Assembly (NCBI GenBank): GCA_016748015.1 | Contig: JAAOMT010000571.1 | Span: 222,582 to 286,581, forward strand | Direction: 5' to 3' | DNA from: Geosiphon pyriformis uo1 | Lineage: Eukaryota > Fungi > Glomeromycota | DNA: 64,000 nt | Shown: in pieces, positions 26,499-39,200 of the stretch | Layout: every line of letters begins with the position of its first letter | Position numbering within the stretch: the first letter of the stretch is position 1 | Made by a program: the position numbers and the translations under genes | Notes under the pieces: generated by a model | The model's input: the letters and a program-made list of their open reading frames with translations, nothing else | Databases searched by the model: none | Told to the model about the DNA's origin: nothing

Positions 26499-27167
26499 AT
26501 GATACTTATTTCAGAAAACATCAACAATATAACTCAACAATTAGTTGAAAGCTTACAACAATTAAAATTCGATCTAGAAATCACAGTTAATAGCTCTAAA
26601 ATAACATACATAAAAAGAACAATAGAAAATCCAAAAACAAGAAAAGAACATAATTTCGAACCATATAATATTGTCAAATATAACAACAAATTTATTAGCA
26701 AAGTTATTGAAAAATTAGAGATAGCATTAGGCAATACATTAATAATAGAAGAAATAGAAACAAGTGAATTAACACCAGACACATTTAGCAACTTGAAAAC
26801 GAAATTTCCAATTAATTACTGTTATTATCAACTAGGAAAACACTTGAACATACAAACATTATACTCAAAAGACTCAACTAGAGTGTTTGACAAAACAACT
26901 ATCCAACTATTAGAATCTTTTATTGGAAAAACCAATACTACATTCCATTCAAAAACAGTTTACAGAATTTTCAAAGCATTTGAAAACTGTCACAAATTAT
27001 TGTTGGACCCAACCATGAACATAATAACAACCAATAGTATTGGACGACTTACCAACTTGCAATTTCAAGAATTACAACAACAAATTAATAACACAGTATT
27101 GAACCACTATAGTAACTTAGAATTTAATGAAGAAATTAACTTCGATTTCGACAGAGCTCAATCTTGA
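26499..27167 (+). CDS. A2 ORF3, 222-aa protein of unknown function at the env-like position
   Basis: Uninterrupted ORF between integrase and PPT; homologue in family B; no obvious signal peptide or TM segment. Confidence 0.8.
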   Translation: MILISENINNITQQLVESLQQLKFDLEITVNSSKITYIKRTIENPKTRKEHNFEPYNIVKYNNKFISKVIEKLEIALGNTLIIEEIETSELTPDTFSNLKTKFPINYCYYQLGKHLNIQTLYSKDSTRVFDKTTIQLLESFIGKTNTTFHSKTVYRIFKAFENCHKLLLDPTMNIITTNSIGRLTNLQFQELQQQINNTVLNHYSNLEFNEEINFDFDRAQS

Positions 27168-27180
27168 AAGAAGGGGATAA
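27166..27180 (+). other. A2 polypurine tract GAAAGAAGGGGATAA
   Basis: Directly 5' of the 3' LTR. Confidence 0.85.
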
Positions 27181-28048
27181 TGTTATGGTTTAAGAATTTA
27201 GCAAAAAGAATCATAAAAATAATACAAATTATTCAATCATAATATAGCACAGTAATAATCTTAGAAAGGTAATGATTAACATAGTAGCAAACACCATCTC
27301 GTGATAGTGGCAAGCACCAATTCACAATAGCAGCCAACACCAACTGGTGATAGCAGCAAACACCAGGTTGAAATATCAAAAAGAAAGTATTTTCTCGTAG
27401 AACTACAAACATGTATATATACAGTAGTTTTAATATTGGAAAATAATTAATCAAGTAATAAAAATCATAACTTATCAAGCAATAGATCCAATTTTATCCA
27501 ACAAACTTCACTTTAAATCATACTTTCAAATTAAATATCCCAAGAAACCTTTAAAAATCAAAAGAGAAATGAAAAAGAATATTTAAAACTGAAATATCAC
27601 AACCCAAAGTATTAAGAAACTTACTTGTATTATTTATTGAATGAAACTATCATTCATCAACTGAATCCCTTGGAAGAATAATCCTTGATCAAGATTATTC
27701 ACATTGTTACTAATTGATAAAAGCTTTATTGTGAGAATTAGAAAAGCACTAAAGACCATTAACATTCTGTGTTTCTAGATTAGAGAAACACATCAGGCAA
27801 TTGCAAGGATAGCCTCAGAAAAGATCCCAGACAGTGGGTAGATTTCAGTTCAGCCTCTGAGAAGGAGTACATAAACACACACAACAATCAAGAATTAAAG
27901 AATAACTTACATCGCAACAGTAAAAAGAAAGCCTTCAGTGTAACAGTGACATTATCACACAAATAGAATTGAGGAACTCACGAAAAACTGATTGCAATTA
28001 AAGCGGGATATCAGCAATTAAATATAACAAGAAAACCATCCCGTAACA
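27181..28048 (+). repeat. A2 3' LTR (868 bp)
   Basis: TGTTATGG...CCGTAACA followed by the TSD GCGA. Confidence 0.95.
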
Positions 28049-28684
28049 GCGATCTTGATTTAAATCCTTCAAAATAATTGCCATATGCTCCTAATAGTTT
28101 GTTTTTCTTTTGTTTATTCTAAAACACAATTCTTGCTAGCAGCATCTTTATACTAGTGAACGCGTCTGCTGAGACAATGTTGATGGTACTTCCGGGTGTG
28201 TGATGGTATGATAGGTATATTGGAGATTCAATTCTTTGTTTCTTCCAGTTAGGAATTTGTATTCCTTTGGGTATTACTGCTAATGTCTGTAGTTTTCTTT
28301 TGCCTTTGTCCTGGTAAGTAATAAGGAATGTTTTTTGTGTATATCTTTCAATTTCTTGGTTGATTTCTCTAATGATGAGTGCAAAGCTGTGGTTTCTGGA
28401 TAAGTTGGTGTGTTGGATTAGTTCCAAATAAAAATTTTTTCTTGCTGATTTAATGTCAACTGGTCTTCTTAGGAAATCTGTGATTCTTTTATTGATGTAG
28501 AAGTTAAAAGCTGATTCTGCTGGATAATAGTTGTTGTTTAGGCCTAGCTGCTGGCTGTACTGTTGAAATAAAGATTTTGCAAATCCTAAATGGTTTGTCC
28601 CTATTATTTCTGATTCTGCTACTTTTGGTTTGGTGTTGTTGGTGCTGGTTCTTTGTAGGATTATACCTTACAGGGAGCACCAAA
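28049..28684 (-). pseudogene. B2 PBS (TGGTGCTCCCTGTAAGG, 28682-28666) and gag N-terminus
   Basis: Homologous to B1 ~13945-14579 (YYPAESAFNFYINK..). Confidence 0.85.
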
Positions 28685-29600
28685 TATTACAAGTGATTAT
28701 TTCTGCTATTGAATTAAATAACAAACCCATAACTTGGTGCTCGAAAACTACTTCCATTAATGATGTCCTATAAGGGTTATATCTGAAGATTTTGTATCTT
28801 AAGGTGTAGTATCTGAAGGTGTTTTATCTGAAGGTTTTAATAGAGTTCTTTGTATAATAGACAGAGATTCAATAGTGTCAATAGTAAATGTATCTTTCCA
28901 AGAGTTTTCTCAATTTCTTTCTTAGCATGATGGCCAGATTTAGTTTGACAGTCGTGCTCTTCTGGTAAGCTATCCGATAATATATAAAATCCTACCCTTA
29001 TTTCTGGGTCTTTTACCAGGCTATCCTTGACGTCAATAACTTAGCACTTAATCTCTTAATCAATTAGTATACAACAACAAAATCAAAGAAAGAAAGAAAA
29101 TAAAATAAAGAAAATAAATAAGAAAATAGAGAAAATAAGCCAAGACAATTTGGTATGTTAGTATCTTGTCAATAGCCATGATCAAGAGCTATTGTTCTAG
29201 TGTGGTTAAGTATCAATTACTATCAACATAAAGTGTTGATAGTGAAGAGTAATTTTGAGATATGAAATATTTATTTATTTGATGATTTGTGTTCTGGGCT
29301 AAGGATTCTGTCTTATTGATTTTGTCTTTTTTGTTTCTAACACTACTGCTATATATACATAATTGAAATTCTTCAATTTCTCGATTTTTCATGACAGGAA
29401 TTCTGAAATTCCTGGAATTCTGCAATTCCTATGAGAAGAATCCTGGAATTCTGGAATCTTGCAATTCTTTGTCGGGGAATCCTAAAATTCTTGAAATCCT
29501 GCAATTCCTGAAAAGAATCCTGGAATTCCATATTTACTACACCTACTTCTGATTGGCTAATAATCATGCTAATATATTTCCTATATTTCTATGAGTAACA
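28685..29600 (-). repeat. B2 5' LTR (916 bp), variant of the family B LTR
   Basis: Shares terminal and internal blocks with the B1 LTRs; ends GAGTAACA at 29600, abutting LINE ORF2. Confidence 0.85.
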
Positions 29601-32600
29601 TCATGCCTCTAAGCTTGCCAAGTCTTTATGAACTGAAAAGTCGGGCATTAGATCAGCTATTGAGAGAAGGATGGAGAGTTTTGTAGTTAACAAAGGCTAC
29701 ACGATTCATAGTGTTTTGGAATGCCCATTCTGCAAAGTGGTGTTAAATTCTTTGGTCTCTGATGGCAGCTTGATTTTGGATCCAGTAGAGATTAAAAATA
29801 AGGTTGATAGTATAATGAAGGGCTGAACAAGGAAGAGGGCCATGCTGAGAAGTGTTCCTGATTTGTGGCAGTGTTAATATCTGCTATTAAATTATGTTGA
29901 TAATAATGCTTTTTCAGGTGTGATGAATGCTATCAGTTTGGATGACTTGACATGTGTGATTAAGGATTTGCTGGATGGTAAAGCTGCTGGCTTGTCTGAC
30001 ATTTCAAATAAACTTTGGAAACATTGTGATGGTTTTGTGCTAAACTTGCTTCTGGACCTTCTGAATATTTGTTTAATGTGTGAGTCAATTCTCCATGGTT
30101 GGAAGGAAGCTTGGGTGTCAATGATTCCCAAGCCCTATGAGTGGAAGGGTGTCTTAACAAATATTGGGCCAATTGCTTTAATTGAGACTGCTTATAAGAT
30201 TTTTTATAAGTTGTTGTCTAACAGAATTTTTTCAGTATGCAGTTTATTCAACATACTTCGTGAAAACAATTTTTCAGTGCTTAAGGGAACGACCACTCAG
30301 TCTCTTATTTTTGCCATTGGTTTGGTTGTTGAAGACACTTTGGAGAAGGATTGTGAACTTTGACTTGTGCTACAAGATATGCATAAAGCCTATAACTCTG
30401 TAGGTTGGCATCACTTGCATAATAGTTTGGTTCAGATCAAAATGTGTGGGTGTTTTATTAGATTTTTTGGTTCAATTTACAATGACTGTGTTAACCGGGT
30501 TATGACTGATTTTGGTCTAATGGATGACTACCAGGTGCATGATAATCTTGATTAGAGTGAGGTTTTCTCTTTTTTGCTGTGGAGGATCTTTTATAACCCC
30601 CTTTTGTGTGAGATCAAGAGACAGGAAAGTTTGTGTGGTTACCGAATTGATATTAAATTTGTAGCTAAGACTGGCAGAATAGAAAACCAAGGCAGTTTAA
30701 CTTCTTTTCTGGCTGCTGGTGCATTCGTGGATAATACTATCTGGGTGGAGAGCAGTCAGGCTGCCACTCAGTATATCCTGAACACAGTGAGTGAATTTTT
30801 CAGGATAAATGACATTTCTATCAATAATGAAAAAACTGTAGTCATTCCTATCAATCAGAAAATTAGTAATGCTTCATTGTCAATTAGTGATCTGCTGATT
30901 TTAATTGCTTGCAGGAAGAAGTCTTATCAATATCTTGGCATTTATTTGTCATCTGAGGAGTTGTCCAAACCGAGCTTGGCTAAGATGCACATGGATGTCA
31001 GGTTTTTTGTCAATTTGGTTATCAAGAAAGCTATTTCAGACAAGCAGTTTCTTTATCTAGTATTAACTGTGTTGCAACCGATTATTAGTTACAGGACTCA
31101 ATTCAGTTTTGTCTCCAGGAATGTGTATATAAAATGGGATACATTGATCAGGAGGAGGTTGAGGCTTAAAGCTGGTCTTCCAAGAGACTTTCCCAATAAG
31201 GCCTTTCATCATCCTTCTTTGTATGGTTTAAGATCTTTTGAGCAGTTGTAAACTGAATGCAAGGTGGCTTTTGTGTTGTGTTTCTCAAATGCTGATAGTA
31301 TTTTTGGTCATTTGTTCAATCATAGATCTTTGAATCTTTAAGTCTTGGGTTGATCACCTATTTACTCTTTATATTGTTTGATTAGATTGTGTGTCAGCCC
31401 AGTCAATAATTTTTTGGCAGGAGTTTTTAGAATTTTTTTGGACTGTGGCATGTCTCTTGGCAATCTCTCTGTTTTTGCATTCCGATTTTCTAGTGGGACA
31501 CCAATATCTGCAGTCTTAGGTGCTTCTTTGTTTTATGATGTCTCTTTGTCTCTCAGAAAGTTTGGGATTGCTTTTGCCGAGCAGTTATATACTAAAAAGG
31601 GTTTAATTTTTGATTGGAAAAACTTTTGTCATTGGAAAAGACTTGATCCAAAAGGCCCTGTCTCTTATTGGTTCACTTTGATTTGTGACTTTTTGGATTG
31701 ATCTTTTACTTTTGATGATTTGCGTATTGAAGGTTTGTGGGATATGAAAGTTTGCAGTTCAGGTGCAGTTTTCAGATTGAGCTATTGTCTCTCTTTAGTA
31801 AATATGAAGGTAGTCAATGTTTACACTAATGGATCATTGAGAGATTTGGGTTCATGTGAAATGAAATGTGGTGCTGCTGCTTATTTCTTGGATCTGGACA
31901 TGTGTATTGGTGCTAAGGTTGGTGAATTGGTGTCTTCGACTATGGTAGAATTGTAGGCGATTGCTTTGGCATTAGAGTATGTTTCCCTTGACAGTTCTGT
32001 AGTGGTTTATTCAGATAGTCAGGCTGCATTGGATGTATGTGTGGCTGAATTTGCTCTGGTGTTTCCAGATTTCCACAACCACTGTTGGATAGAGTGGCAT
32101 GGCATTGTCAATTTAATTAGTGAAAAGCAGCTTGTTGTTTCTTGGCATAAGGTAAAAAGACATTCAGGTGTTGTAGGTAATGAGCATGCTGATAAGTTGG
32201 CTGGTCTAGCTGTGAGCTCTTCTTTGGCACTTCTTGTTTTGGTTAAAGAGAAATTTATCATGGCTGCCAGGAAGGCTGTATCTGGGAATGTTCATTATTT
32301 TGCTCATGAGATTTTCAGGTCTATTAATCAGACTTGCTGGGAGGTTGGTCCTGGTTTCAACACTGTTGATAACAGTTTGCTTGGTAATGTGGACTGGTTT
32401 TGCACTGCTTCAGTGTGGCATCTTGACTCCCATATGGCAGCTGGCTTTACCAGTAAATCTACGGCTGGTTTGCGCTCTTATTTTTTAAAGGCTCTCCACT
32501 GCCATCTCCCAGTTGCTGTGCAAAAATGTCTGTATAATAAGGTCTACCTGAGTGTCTTATGTTTGTATTGTGATGAGGTGGAAAGTTCCGACCATTCTTT

Positions 32601-33237
32601 TGTTTGCACATTTGATTCTGATGCTTGTAAGAGCATTCTCAAGTCTTATCTGGTCAAGTGGCAAAGTGTTTCTGGATTGGACTTGCATTTGTCTCGTGTC
32701 TCACAAGTGCTCTCTCTGTGCACATCTGATAATGTGTTGTATACTACCGTGGGCAAAAGTTTTGTGTTTAGGGATTGAGTTTAGGAAGCTTTGTTTATTT
32801 TAGATGATACCAAGGTTGTGGGAAAGTTTATTGTTAATTTTGTTTGAGAATTGGGTGCTGCTCACTACTTGAATATTTGGGTAATTAGAGCTAAATATAG
32901 GGCTTTAATAGAAAAAGGCGGTTTAATTCTACTTGATAGTTCTGTGTATTTTGTGACTCATGGTTTGTTATGCATGTTTTCTGCTAGAGTGATTAGATTG
33001 CTTGGAATTTCCAAGGTGGTTGGTGTCTGTTTTGGTTTTTATAAACATAGCTGCTTTTTTTCTAGTATAAATGGTGTGGTTTCTTTTCTGATAGATTTAT
33101 AGTGTTGCTTTGATTGGTCTAAGTGGCTGGTTACATGTAGAAAGTGCATGATTAGTGCCTAGTTTAAATCACTTAGTTTGATGTATTACACTAAGTGGTT
33201 TTTGAACTTCACTCGTTAAATGTTAATAAAAAAAAAA
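29601..33237 (+). mobile_element. Non-LTR retrotransposon (LINE) 3' portion: RT + RNase H + C-terminal CCHC, 3' UTR and poly(A)
   Basis: KAAGLS, IGPIALIE, LQDMHKAYNSV, AFVDNTIW, YLGI (RT); VYTNGS..DSQAA..KVKRHSGVVGNEHAD (RNase H); CLYC..DHSFVC; A-run at ~33228-33237. Many stops; 5' part cut by the B2 LTR. Confidence 0.9.
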
Positions 33238-33239
33238 TA

Positions 33240-36200
33240 TATACTTTTAGTTTATTAAAAAATTAGCAAAAAAAAGTGTTAAATTATAAAATAGTACTAT
33301 AAAAAAGCTTTTTTTTTGAAAAAATAAATTTTATTTTATTTTATTTTTATTAATATTTTTTTTATAAATTAATTCAATAAAAATCTATTTTAAAAATCAA
33401 CTTTTTTTCTAATTATTATTGTTTAAAATTCACAATTATAATTAATATTCTAAAATTTAGCTATTAATTTCAATAATTATTTGAATTTTAAGTCTAAATT
33501 GAAAATTATTTTTTTATTTTTTTATTTTTATTTTTATTTTTTTTATTTTTTTCTTATATTATTAAATAATCTATAGTTAAGACTTTTTATAAAAAATTGA
33601 ATTTTACAGCAAAATAATTACATATTATTAAAAATTTACAAACAAAAAATTTTTGTAAAAAAAATTAATTTTTATTGCAAAGTAATTATACAAATAATTA
33701 ATACAGAATTAATTTTTTTATTATAAATCCAACAATATATATAATTTAAAGTACAAAAAAATACTTTAAAAAATAAATTAACTTATTAAAGTTTTATTAA
33801 TTTTTATTAATAATAAAATTAATAATAACAAAAAAAAAACCTTTAATAATAACATAAAATTATTATATATAATTTTTTATGTAATATTTTTAATATATAT
33901 ATATAATTTAATTATAATTTGGCTTGTAAATTCAAAAAACATAAAAAACCAAAATAATAAATCAAAATAATATAATGTTAATTAATATTTTTTGTTAAAA
34001 AAATTAATTATTTTAATATTAAGTTTAATATTTTATTAAGTTTTTTTAATAATAATAATATTAAATTATTAAAAACTTTTTTTTAAAATTAATTAAAAAC
34101 AAAAATTTAAAAATATTGTTTTATTTATTAATATAAATAACAGCAAACCATAAATTTTTACTTTTATATTTAAATTTAAATTTAAAAAATAGATTACAAT
34201 ACTATTTATAATATTTAAAAAACTAATATTTTTAATAAAACTATTAATAAATATTTAAATTTTCTTTAAATAGATTTTTTAAAGCTAAAATAAATAATTT
34301 TATAACAATATATATTATAAGTAAAAAAAAATTTTCTTTTTTTTTATTTTTATGATCATAATTAAAGCAAAGAGTAAAAAAGTTTTAAATATTACTTTTT
34401 TTATAATATATAATAAAATTTCAATAAAAAAAGATTTTTTTATTGTAAAAAGCTATTTTTAGCAGCTTTTGAAGCATTTTTTTCATTTTTAATTAATAAT
34501 TTTTTTTTAGTTAAAGTTTTTTTAAGAAATATATTCAGATTAGTTTTAGTATTGTTTTTACTTTTTTTAAGAATCCAAATATATTTAACAACAAATTAGT
34601 TAATAAGCTGATCTTCTTTATTATTATTACTAATATTACTATTATCTTTTTATAAATAGTCAAAAAAACCAAAAATTTAAAAAAACACTAATAATTGTTT
34701 GTGTTTACTATTAATATATTAAATCTCTTTAATAATAATCAGTCTTTTTTTTAATGTAAATAACAATAGCAATAACATATTTTTTATAATAAACCAAGAT
34801 TATTTATTAGTTATATTGCCAAATATAATGTTTTTTAGCAGATTATTGCCAGTTCTAAAAGCAAAACAAATTATTGAGTTATTTAATTTTAAAAATTAGA
34901 CTAATTAAATAGAAACTAAATTAAACTTTTCTTTTTTGTTTTTTAATATTGTCTTTAATAGTACTTAAAAAACAATTTTAAATTATTAAAAATTCTTTAG
35001 GTAAATAGTCTTTATTCTAATATTTGGTATTACTTTTAAAATTAAATTGATTTTAGTTAATTTTTTATTTTATTTATTGTTTGGCTTTGTTAAACTTAAA
35101 TTAATTTTTAAAAACAATATTAAGTTATTTTATATAAACTTTGCTTTCAAAAATTTTTTGATTGTTGCTATTAGTATTTTTATTGATAGTTTTTTTTAAC
35201 TACATCTAAAATTGCAAAATTTTCTGTGGTGACTTCTGGTTTTCTTTCTTTTATTTTTATTATACTTCATAATATCTCTTTTAATACATTTTTTGATAAT
35301 ATTAAAAACATTTTTGGTGGTTTTAGTGTTATTATTTTTGTTAAATTAAAGTCTGTTGGTTTGTAACAATATACTATTGTTAATTTTAAATATTTTTTTT
35401 GTTGCTACTGCTTTTAATAACTGGTTTATATTAATAAAAAAAAACAGTATTCAGATTTTTTTTTTTAATTAAAAAAAGATCATTATTTCAAAAAAATTTT
35501 TAAGACCAAATTGGTTAATCTTTTTTTTAACTATATTATTTTTGAAATCAGTAATATAATTTCTTAAATTGGTAATCATACTTGTTTTATTTTTTGTTTT
35601 CTGGATTTTTATTATTATTTATGCTTTATTATTATTACTTTTAAGTTTAAAAAAAACATTAAAACTTATTGTAACAAAAATTAAAGTTTTATACAAGTGT
35701 TAAATTTAGTAAAAACTCTTAAGTGTTATTATTATTATAATTATTAAAGTCTAAATTATTTGTTTGCTAATTATAAAGTATTATTTCTTCTGTTTTTTAA
35801 ACTGTTTTCCAAATTAGTAGTTGGCTTTAAGCTTTTTGTGTTATTTTTTGTTAATAACAAGTTTTATATTATGACTTTTGTTTTTTTGGCTTTTTTATTT
35901 GCTGTTTTTTTGGTTGTTTTTGTTATTGATTTTGTTGTTAAGTTTAAATTGAATTCTTTAAAAACTCAAATTTCGAATTTGGCTATTTTAGTAAAATTTA
36001 TTGTTAAATCTATTGGTTTTTTAGTTATTTTAGTTATTAGTTTTTTGAATGATAATACTATTGAGGCTCTTTTAGTTAAAAAAATTTGTTTTTTATAAAG
36101 TATACTGCTAACAATTTTTTCAATTTTTGATTAGTATTTTAAAAAATATTTTCAGTTTTAGATCTGAAATTAATTTTGGTAATATAGATTATAATAAAAT

Positions 36201-39200
36201 ACTGTTTGCTAAACTTTTTTTAAATAAAAATACTATTAAGTATATTATAACTTTATAATATATTAAGTTCTAATATAAAAAATAGTATTAAGTTTATTAA
36301 ATTATTTTTTAGTGAATTCATCTTTAATTTTAGGAATTTAAATAGTATTATTGAAAAAATTAGTAGACTGAATTTACTCTGGCTTTTTTTGTTTTAATAT
36401 AGTATTGTTTTAATTGGCTTGAATAATTAGTCACATATAGAAAGTACATAATTTATATTTAGTTTAGATTACTTAGTTTAATGTATTATACTAGACAATA
36501 TTTAGGTTTTATATATTAAACATATAAAAAATATATTATATATATTTGATTTATATAAAATATTAAATATAAATGTCTTTTTTTTAACAAAATTATTATT
36601 TAAAAAAATTTTATAATTTTTGCCAAAAAATTATTTAATAAACTAAATTTTAACTTTACAAAAAACTGAAACAAATTTTAAAATATTTATTTAAAATTTG
36701 TAAATTTACAAATCTATATTTACAAAGTTCATTAAAAATTTACACAAAATTTAAAAAATTTTAAATAAATTTATCTCAAATTTCAATTTTTTTATAATTG
36801 TTTTTAAATATAAAATTAAAATTAAGTTTTACAATTGATAATAAACTACAAAATTATTTAAATCATATATAAAAACTGTTTATAAAAAATAGTTTTTCTT
36901 AAAACTATATTGAAAAAAAATTTATATTAAAATAAATTTTTTTTAAATTTGGTTTGACCAAATTTTTAATTAATAAAAATATGTTCAAATAGTAATAAAA
37001 TTTACTAAATTTTATAATTAAAATAAAAAAACTACTTATACTTAAAATAATATTTTTAATTTTTATTTAAAATAGTTATTGTTTTTTCTGTATTAATAAA
37101 AATATTTTAAATATTTTTGGTTAAATTTTTAATGTTTAATTAAGTTTATTAATTTGTAATAATATATTATTGTGTATTTTAAGTTTCTTAAAACTGTTTA
37201 TATTGTTTTAATCTGTTAATTAATATTAATAATTAAAAATAATATTAAAATATTTTTTATAATATATTAAAAACCAAGTTAATTAATGTGTTTTTTAGTT
37301 ATATAATTTTTAAAATAGTAATTTGATTTTTAAATTAATAATTAATTTTGTTTTATTTTTTGGTTTTTTAATCATATTATTATCAAAATATTATTTTATA
37401 AAAAAATATTATATAATCAAAAATTCTTAAATAATAGTACTATTATAAATATTAAGACTTAAATATTTAGTTTTTAATAATAAAACTGTTTAAATTAATT
37501 TTAAAATCTTTTTTAAATTTTTTATTGTATTTAAAATTCTAATAAATTAATTAATTAATTTGGTTTTTTATGTTAAAATTGCTATTTTATTTTTAATATA
37601 ATGTATAAATTTAAATTGATTTTTTTAAATTTAAATTATATAATCTGTTTAATATAATAAAATTTATTATTAGAAAGATTAGTTTTTTTAGTAAAATTAG
37701 TTATATTTTTTATAATTATTATATCTTTTATAAATATTAAAACATAATTTATTATATTAAAAATCCAAATTAAACATATTTTTAAAAAATTTCAAAATCT
37801 TAAAAACTAAGTACTTTAATCAATAAAACTTTAAAAAATTTTACAAAATAGATATGTTTAAAAAAAATCTTTATCAATTTAATTAAAACATTTTTTAACA
37901 AAATTTAAATATTGTTTAAATTATTTAAAAACTTAAAATACTTAAAAATTAATTATATTTAAAATAAAATTCAAAGTATTATTTACAAAGCCACTATATT
38001 TTATAATATTAATTTTATTAAATTTATTTTTTAGTAATTTGTTTTTGTTTTTTGTTAATTTTGAAGTTTGGTAAACTTTTTATTTTTATACTTATTAAAA
38101 CAATTTGACAATTAGTATTAAACTATATATTTATATTATAAATTTTTTTATTAAATACAATATTTAAGAGTTTTTTGTAAATAAAAACATAATTAATAAT
38201 TTTATAAAATACTTAAATAAATAAATAACTTTTAAACTATTTGTAAACATATTTTAAAACCAAAATTATAAAATTTTTTAAAACTTTTATATTATTTTTT
38301 GCTATTTTTATTGAAATTTTTATTTATTATTACAAATAAACTTTTATTAGCATTAATTATTATATTATTAACAATAATAATTTAAAACATATACTTATAA
38401 TAAAAATACTAATATAAAATTTAAATAAAAAAATAAACAATTTTTTTTAAACAATAATTTAAAATTAATTTATAAACAATTTAAAAACTTTACTAATATG
38501 TTTAATTTTATTATTATTAATTACTGTTATATTAAAGCTAAAAAAATCATTTTCTTTATTTAAATAAAAATTTTTGTTTTTTAACAATTAATTTTAAATT
38601 ATAATTAAAGTTAACAAGCATTTTATCTTTAAAAAAATTCAAAATTATTTTAATTTTTTTTTATAAAATTAAGACCAAATTAAAATAGCTTTAATCAAAA
38701 ATTTAAGAACTTATTATTAATTTTATTAGCAAATATGACAATTAATTTACAATTTTATATATTTAATCTATTAAAAACTTAAATTTTTTTTTAATCTACT
38801 TATTTTTGAACTCAAATTGTTTAAAGTCAATAAAAAAAACTAAATTTAAAGAAAAGATATTAAAATTAAAACTATATTTATTTAAGTTTTTATTAATTAT
38901 TTATGCTTAAAACTTTTTATTAAAAACACTTAAATATTTAATAAAAAACTGTTTTTTAATATATACAAAAATAAACCAATTTTTAAATTAAATTTGTATT
39001 AATAATTTGTAATAATTTACAAATATAATAAATGTTTTAATTAAAATTATGCAGAATTTTAAAATTTTAATAATAACAATTTTAAGTAAATTAAAGTAAA
39101 ATTTAAGCAATTTAAATAAATTTTATTAAATAATAAATAGTATTTATTTTTGTTATGTTTTAATAAAATATAGTCTAATTATTACTTAAAACTATACAAT

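Larger units (their letters stand above)
18571..28048 (+). mobile_element. Complete Ty3/gypsy LTR retrotransposon family A (A2) with dUTPase, split integrase and ORF3
   Basis: LTRs 18571-19439 and 27181-28048 (TG..CA), TSD GCGA at 18567-18570 and 28049-28052, PBS, PPT, all pol motifs present. The gag region is partly mis-assembled. Confidence 0.95.

Noticed and set aside
26499-27167. ORF3 as an envelope glycoprotein
   Set aside because: Short and hydrophilic, with no signal peptide, furin site or TM anchor visible.
29370-29530. CRISPR-like or heat-shock-element interpretation of the short repeats
   Set aside because: No repeat-spacer periodicity, eukaryotic LTR context, and spacing does not fit nGAAnnTTCn arrays.
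35760-36098. Hydrophobic 112-aa ORF resembling a membrane protein
   Set aside because: F/L/V/I richness is the expected product of C>T erosion of a TE ORF.
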